DNA of 64,000 nucleotides from Balanoglossus misakiensis (Eukaryota; Animalia; Hemichordata): NCBI GenBank assembly GCA_040954595.2, contig CM082580.2, positions 4,392,783 to 4,456,782 of the forward strand, read 5' to 3'. Shown piece by piece: positions 60,301 to 64,000 of this stretch (position 1 is its first letter; each line of letters starts with the position of its first letter). The notes under the pieces were generated by a model. It saw only the letters and a program-made list of their open reading frames with translations, ran no database searches and was not told where the DNA came from. The position numbers and the translations under genes were made by a program.

Positions 60301-63300
60301 AGTTTGCGCAGTGAGTGAATTCCAATGTGGCAGCGGAGAGTGTATACCATCACATTGGGTCTGTAACTACTGGGCGAGCTGTTTGGATGGTTCTGATGAG
60401 TTGGACTGTGATCATGAAGGTATGGAAAGATGCATATCATGTCTTATGATTCATCCCATTGCGAGGTATCGTTTCCGTATATAATTTTCTTCGGCTCTAT
60501 TTACATCACATCAGAAATTATCTCATAGTTGGCCGTTGGTATGTGATTAATTATATTTTTTTCCTCGGGTATTTTTGTTGTTTGGGTTTAAAACAACAAC
60601 ACCTCGCACTGTATTCGATTTGACCAGCTGTTTTATATATACAGCAACTAGCAAATTATCCCTGAATGTAGTGCGCTTCTTGGAGAGAGCCATCTTTTCC
60701 TGTAAACTCGTAACGTAGGCTAAACTTTGAAAGTTTATAACATTGAGAAGCCTTTCGTCTTATTTTAGAGCACATAGGCGTCACTGGAAGCATGCATGGC
60801 AATAATCGATTGCAACATTCTCCCCTGTTGGCCAATTGCCCCCTTGCAGTGCTGTATCTTATAGCGGATAGTAGCGTGATATAACATAATAAGTTAACGT
60901 GAAAATTATAATGAAGTCAAATCTCACGTGAGTAATCTGTCCAGTAGGAAACTGTTTTTAATTTTTCAGATGGCAATCTTGCTCGCGGAAAAGTGGCTAC
61001 CCACAGCAGTACATTCAGGTGGTTTGGCGCCGAAAAAGCCGTCGACGGAATTCGGGCACCTTGGAGCAACATTGGGAGCTGTGCTTTCACAGAAATGGAC
61101 TATGAGCCTTGGTGGCGAGTTGATTTGCAAAAGGAATATCAAATATTCAGAGTCGACATTATAAACAGAGAGGACTGCTGTAGTGAGTAAACGTTCAATT
61201 CTCACTGACTAAAATTAGTAACAACGGTACAAGTTGAATCTGCAACACTACCCTATTTTCAGAGTCGACATGACATGAATCAAAGACTAACTGGTTTGGC
61301 GGCAACAACAACAACAACAACACATGTTTTTGAACCTCTATATGATTACCAACGAAGCACAAATAAACGCATATAAATAAAATAAATCCATATTGTAAAA
61401 TCAACAAGCCATAAAGTAAAATATCATTAATTTGTTCCAAAGCATCAACACAAACTAAATATTTACATAACTTAGTAGATCTAGGCCTATAGTCATTATC
61501 GAATCACTTTCATGTTCTGATCCACACTAGTCCTTATTTAGCAATATCCCCGAAATTAATGTTTTGTTTTGTTTTCTGTTTCATTTTTATGTTACCAGGG
61601 CAACGTTTAGTTGGTGCTGAAGTGCGTGTTGGAAATCACCTTCTGCCTCAGGACAACAGAATTTGTGGAACTCCTTTGTACACAATCAACGAACGCCCTT
61701 TTGTAATTAATTGTCAACACAAAATAAGCGGACGATACGTCGGTGTTATGTTACCACGCCGATCGGAGTACCTGAGCCTCTGCGAAGTTGAAGTCTATGG
61801 TGCAGGTTGTTGGACATTTCTATTTAACCTTCAGTTAATTTTCATTTGATATCAATTGATATTAAACGTCACCATGCAATTTTTAAAGCTGCTTTCTTTC
61901 TAAAATATCGCAGCAGCTGGTATTAAAGGTCACAACGGCAATGTACTGTCAGTTGACATCTGCAAAAGCTTTATTAACACTGAGAGGAAATGCATTCCAA
62001 CAACTCTTGCAGGGTACTTTATTTAATCCACTTGTCAAATTATGTTTCAAAAGAACCAGAATGTCTCCCGTTAGTCGATTATGCGTTTTGTTTCACGCTA
62101 TCATTAAAGAGGAGGTTCTTCTCTGTATAGAATTTATGCAAATTAGGTACCTACGTTATGACTGTATAACCACATAATTGCCTTGGAAATTAATTACTTG
62201 AATTAGAACAGTATATACCGAGGCAGTAAACGCTATTTTTAAATGAAGGGAAAATTGGCATAATAATGTCAGAGTGACTTTAACTTAGAACCCTGAACAT
62301 TTTTGATGCAGATAGAAACAACTGTAGTGATGGCAACATAACACTGTGTAACACGATGAATTCAGCTGGGTGTGCTTGCTGTGCCGGCTACCGGGCAAAA
62401 GACAATATGTGCGAAGGTACGGATGACAGTTTACCTAATGGCTCTGTCCATTTTTTGAAATATTTACATGTATGAACATTTGACTTTTAATCAAGATGAA
62501 TAACAGTCTGCCTTCAAATCCTATTTAATTTAATGAGGAACCTTTGTGCCATTGTTGCCCCTGTCTGAACATGCTGTCTTTGCCAGCAGAGAGCTAGACA
62601 ATGTTTTTTCAGGATTTTGTGGTTGACGAATGTTGGATAAAAAGGAACAAATGTAAAGTTGGTTACTGCATGCGAAGGTCAGAAGCGCACCAATAAGAAG
62701 TAACTTTTAACTTACAATCTTAACTTGGTTTGACTTACAGACATAGACGAATGTGAACTAATTGAAATCAATTCCACTTGTGATCACGCATGCGTGAACA
62801 CCCCTGGTTCATTCTACTGTGCCTGCAATGATGGGTATCATTTACTTCGTGATGGCAAGACATGCACACGTAAGTAATTTCTTAAATTGTCTGCACAAAT
62901 ATATTGAACTTAAAGGGACAAAGTCTCTCTCTCGCTGCCCTTTTTCTCATTTAGTATGTTTGATGTAAGACACTGTTTATGTTATACTACATATGGATAT
63001 ATAGTGAATCAACGTTCGACCACACACAACTTCCATCCCACCTGTAGACACGACAGTGAAAAATTCGCCAAAATGAATAATCGGTCTCAACTGTTCATTC
63101 TACTCTTATATCCTATAGACATAACATTAATGCCGTTTTGGGCACAGGCATCTGCAGATAAGTTGGGGTTTTAACATTGTAATTAAGATAGAGGTTTCCT
63201 TTCAGAAACATTACTGAATTCATCACTCTTTGAACCTTATGTTGAGTCTATCGCTGGATTTACCCTTGCAGGAACCTCAAAGTTGGTACTGTTTGAAGAT

Positions 63301-63967
63301 GGGAAAACCTATTATGACGCAATTTTATCATGTGAAAGTATTGGTATGACTTTAATGAAAATCCGAAATTGGCGAGATTGGCGAGACGCAGCAGATATCG
63401 TTATGGATCGACCTATTCGCATACTGTGGATTGACGGAAGAGTTTCTGACTATGCAACTAAAGAGGTTCAATCCAGCGATGGAACGATATCACAATTTGG
63501 AGCATTTTATTTGGGGGAGCCGAGTGGAAATGGTCCTTGCATCCAAATGTTTAAGTATGAAGTGTTTGTATTACATGTAATACTGGTTTGATTGTGAGGT
63601 GCGTGTGTTCCAGGAAGGTAGTTGCCCTCAATTTACATGTGCCCTTACATAGTTAACGGGTGTCGCAACGTCTTTCATTGACCATGCAGTGAAGCACCTT
63701 TTTATCTGGCTTCCAAAGCGATATGTGTATTATGGGCTACATCCCCCAGCTAGATTTCCCAAGGAAATTTAGCACTGCATGTGTGTGAGGCGTATTACTA
63801 TAACAGTTCATATCTGTGGTAGAGAGTTACCAAACGAAAAGTTGACAATAGTTAGTATTAATGATGTGCCTTGAAACTATGACGTTTCAGGATAAACACG
63901 ACTTTATATATATGGGATGACGATTGGTGTGATACAAAGAAGCCATACGTTTGCGAGCAGAAACCAG
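57337..63967 (+). CDS. 5' part of a mosaic extracellular protein: signal peptide, EGF-like, cbEGF, 4x LDLa, F-type lectin (FTP), EGF-like, cbEGF, C-type lectin; continues past the window
   Basis: Exons 57337-57420, 57883-58003, 58253-58375 (DIDECD...[16 protein letters not shown]), 58615-58716, 58859-58966, 59408-59521, 60303-60419 (LDLa, e.g. [10 protein letters not shown]), 60970-61182 + 61599-61805 ([31 protein letters not shown]), 62312-62416, 62741-62869 ([17 protein letters not shown]), 63272-63554 + 63891-63967 (LWIDG..GEPS..CIQM..WDDDWC...YVCE). Phases are consistent. Confidence 0.88.
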
Positions 63968-64000
63968 GTAATACCATGTTTACAAAACATATGCAGCGGT

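Overview
Intron-rich, AT-rich animal genomic DNA. The gene content and repeat style suggest a marine invertebrate deuterostome such as a hemichordate; this is inference only. Hand-splicing at GT/GC-AG sites with consistent phases gives six genes. (1) 2359-12123 (+): a 9-exon, ~1560-aa protein with two truncated copies of a GT-B N-lobe, a full but apparently catalytically degenerate GT4-type glycosyltransferase, a TRADD-N-like module, a coiled coil, an acidic linker and a C-terminal NHL beta-propeller; two perfect kB-type sites lie upstream. This is the strongest candidate for an undescribed innate-immune sensor/effector. (2) 19031-24090 (+): a 14-exon, 508-aa CYP46A1-like cytochrome P450 with one GC-AG intron. 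(3-5) 47606-55032: three paralogous small secreted Cys-rich proteins with no domain I recognise (two on minus, one divergent on plus). (6) 57337 to beyond the window end (+): a secreted or cell-surface mosaic with EGF, cbEGF, 4x LDLa, F-type lectin, EGF, cbEGF and C-type lectin modules. Non-coding features: an 11.7-kb 80/75-bp satellite, a 72-bp minisatellite, a Harbinger-type MITE, a Helentron-like non-autonomous element, a long hairpin, a decayed transposase+YqaJ transposon relic and several dispersed repeats. No rRNA, tRNA or CRISPR array was seen. All domain calls come from motif recognition by eye, not database searches.
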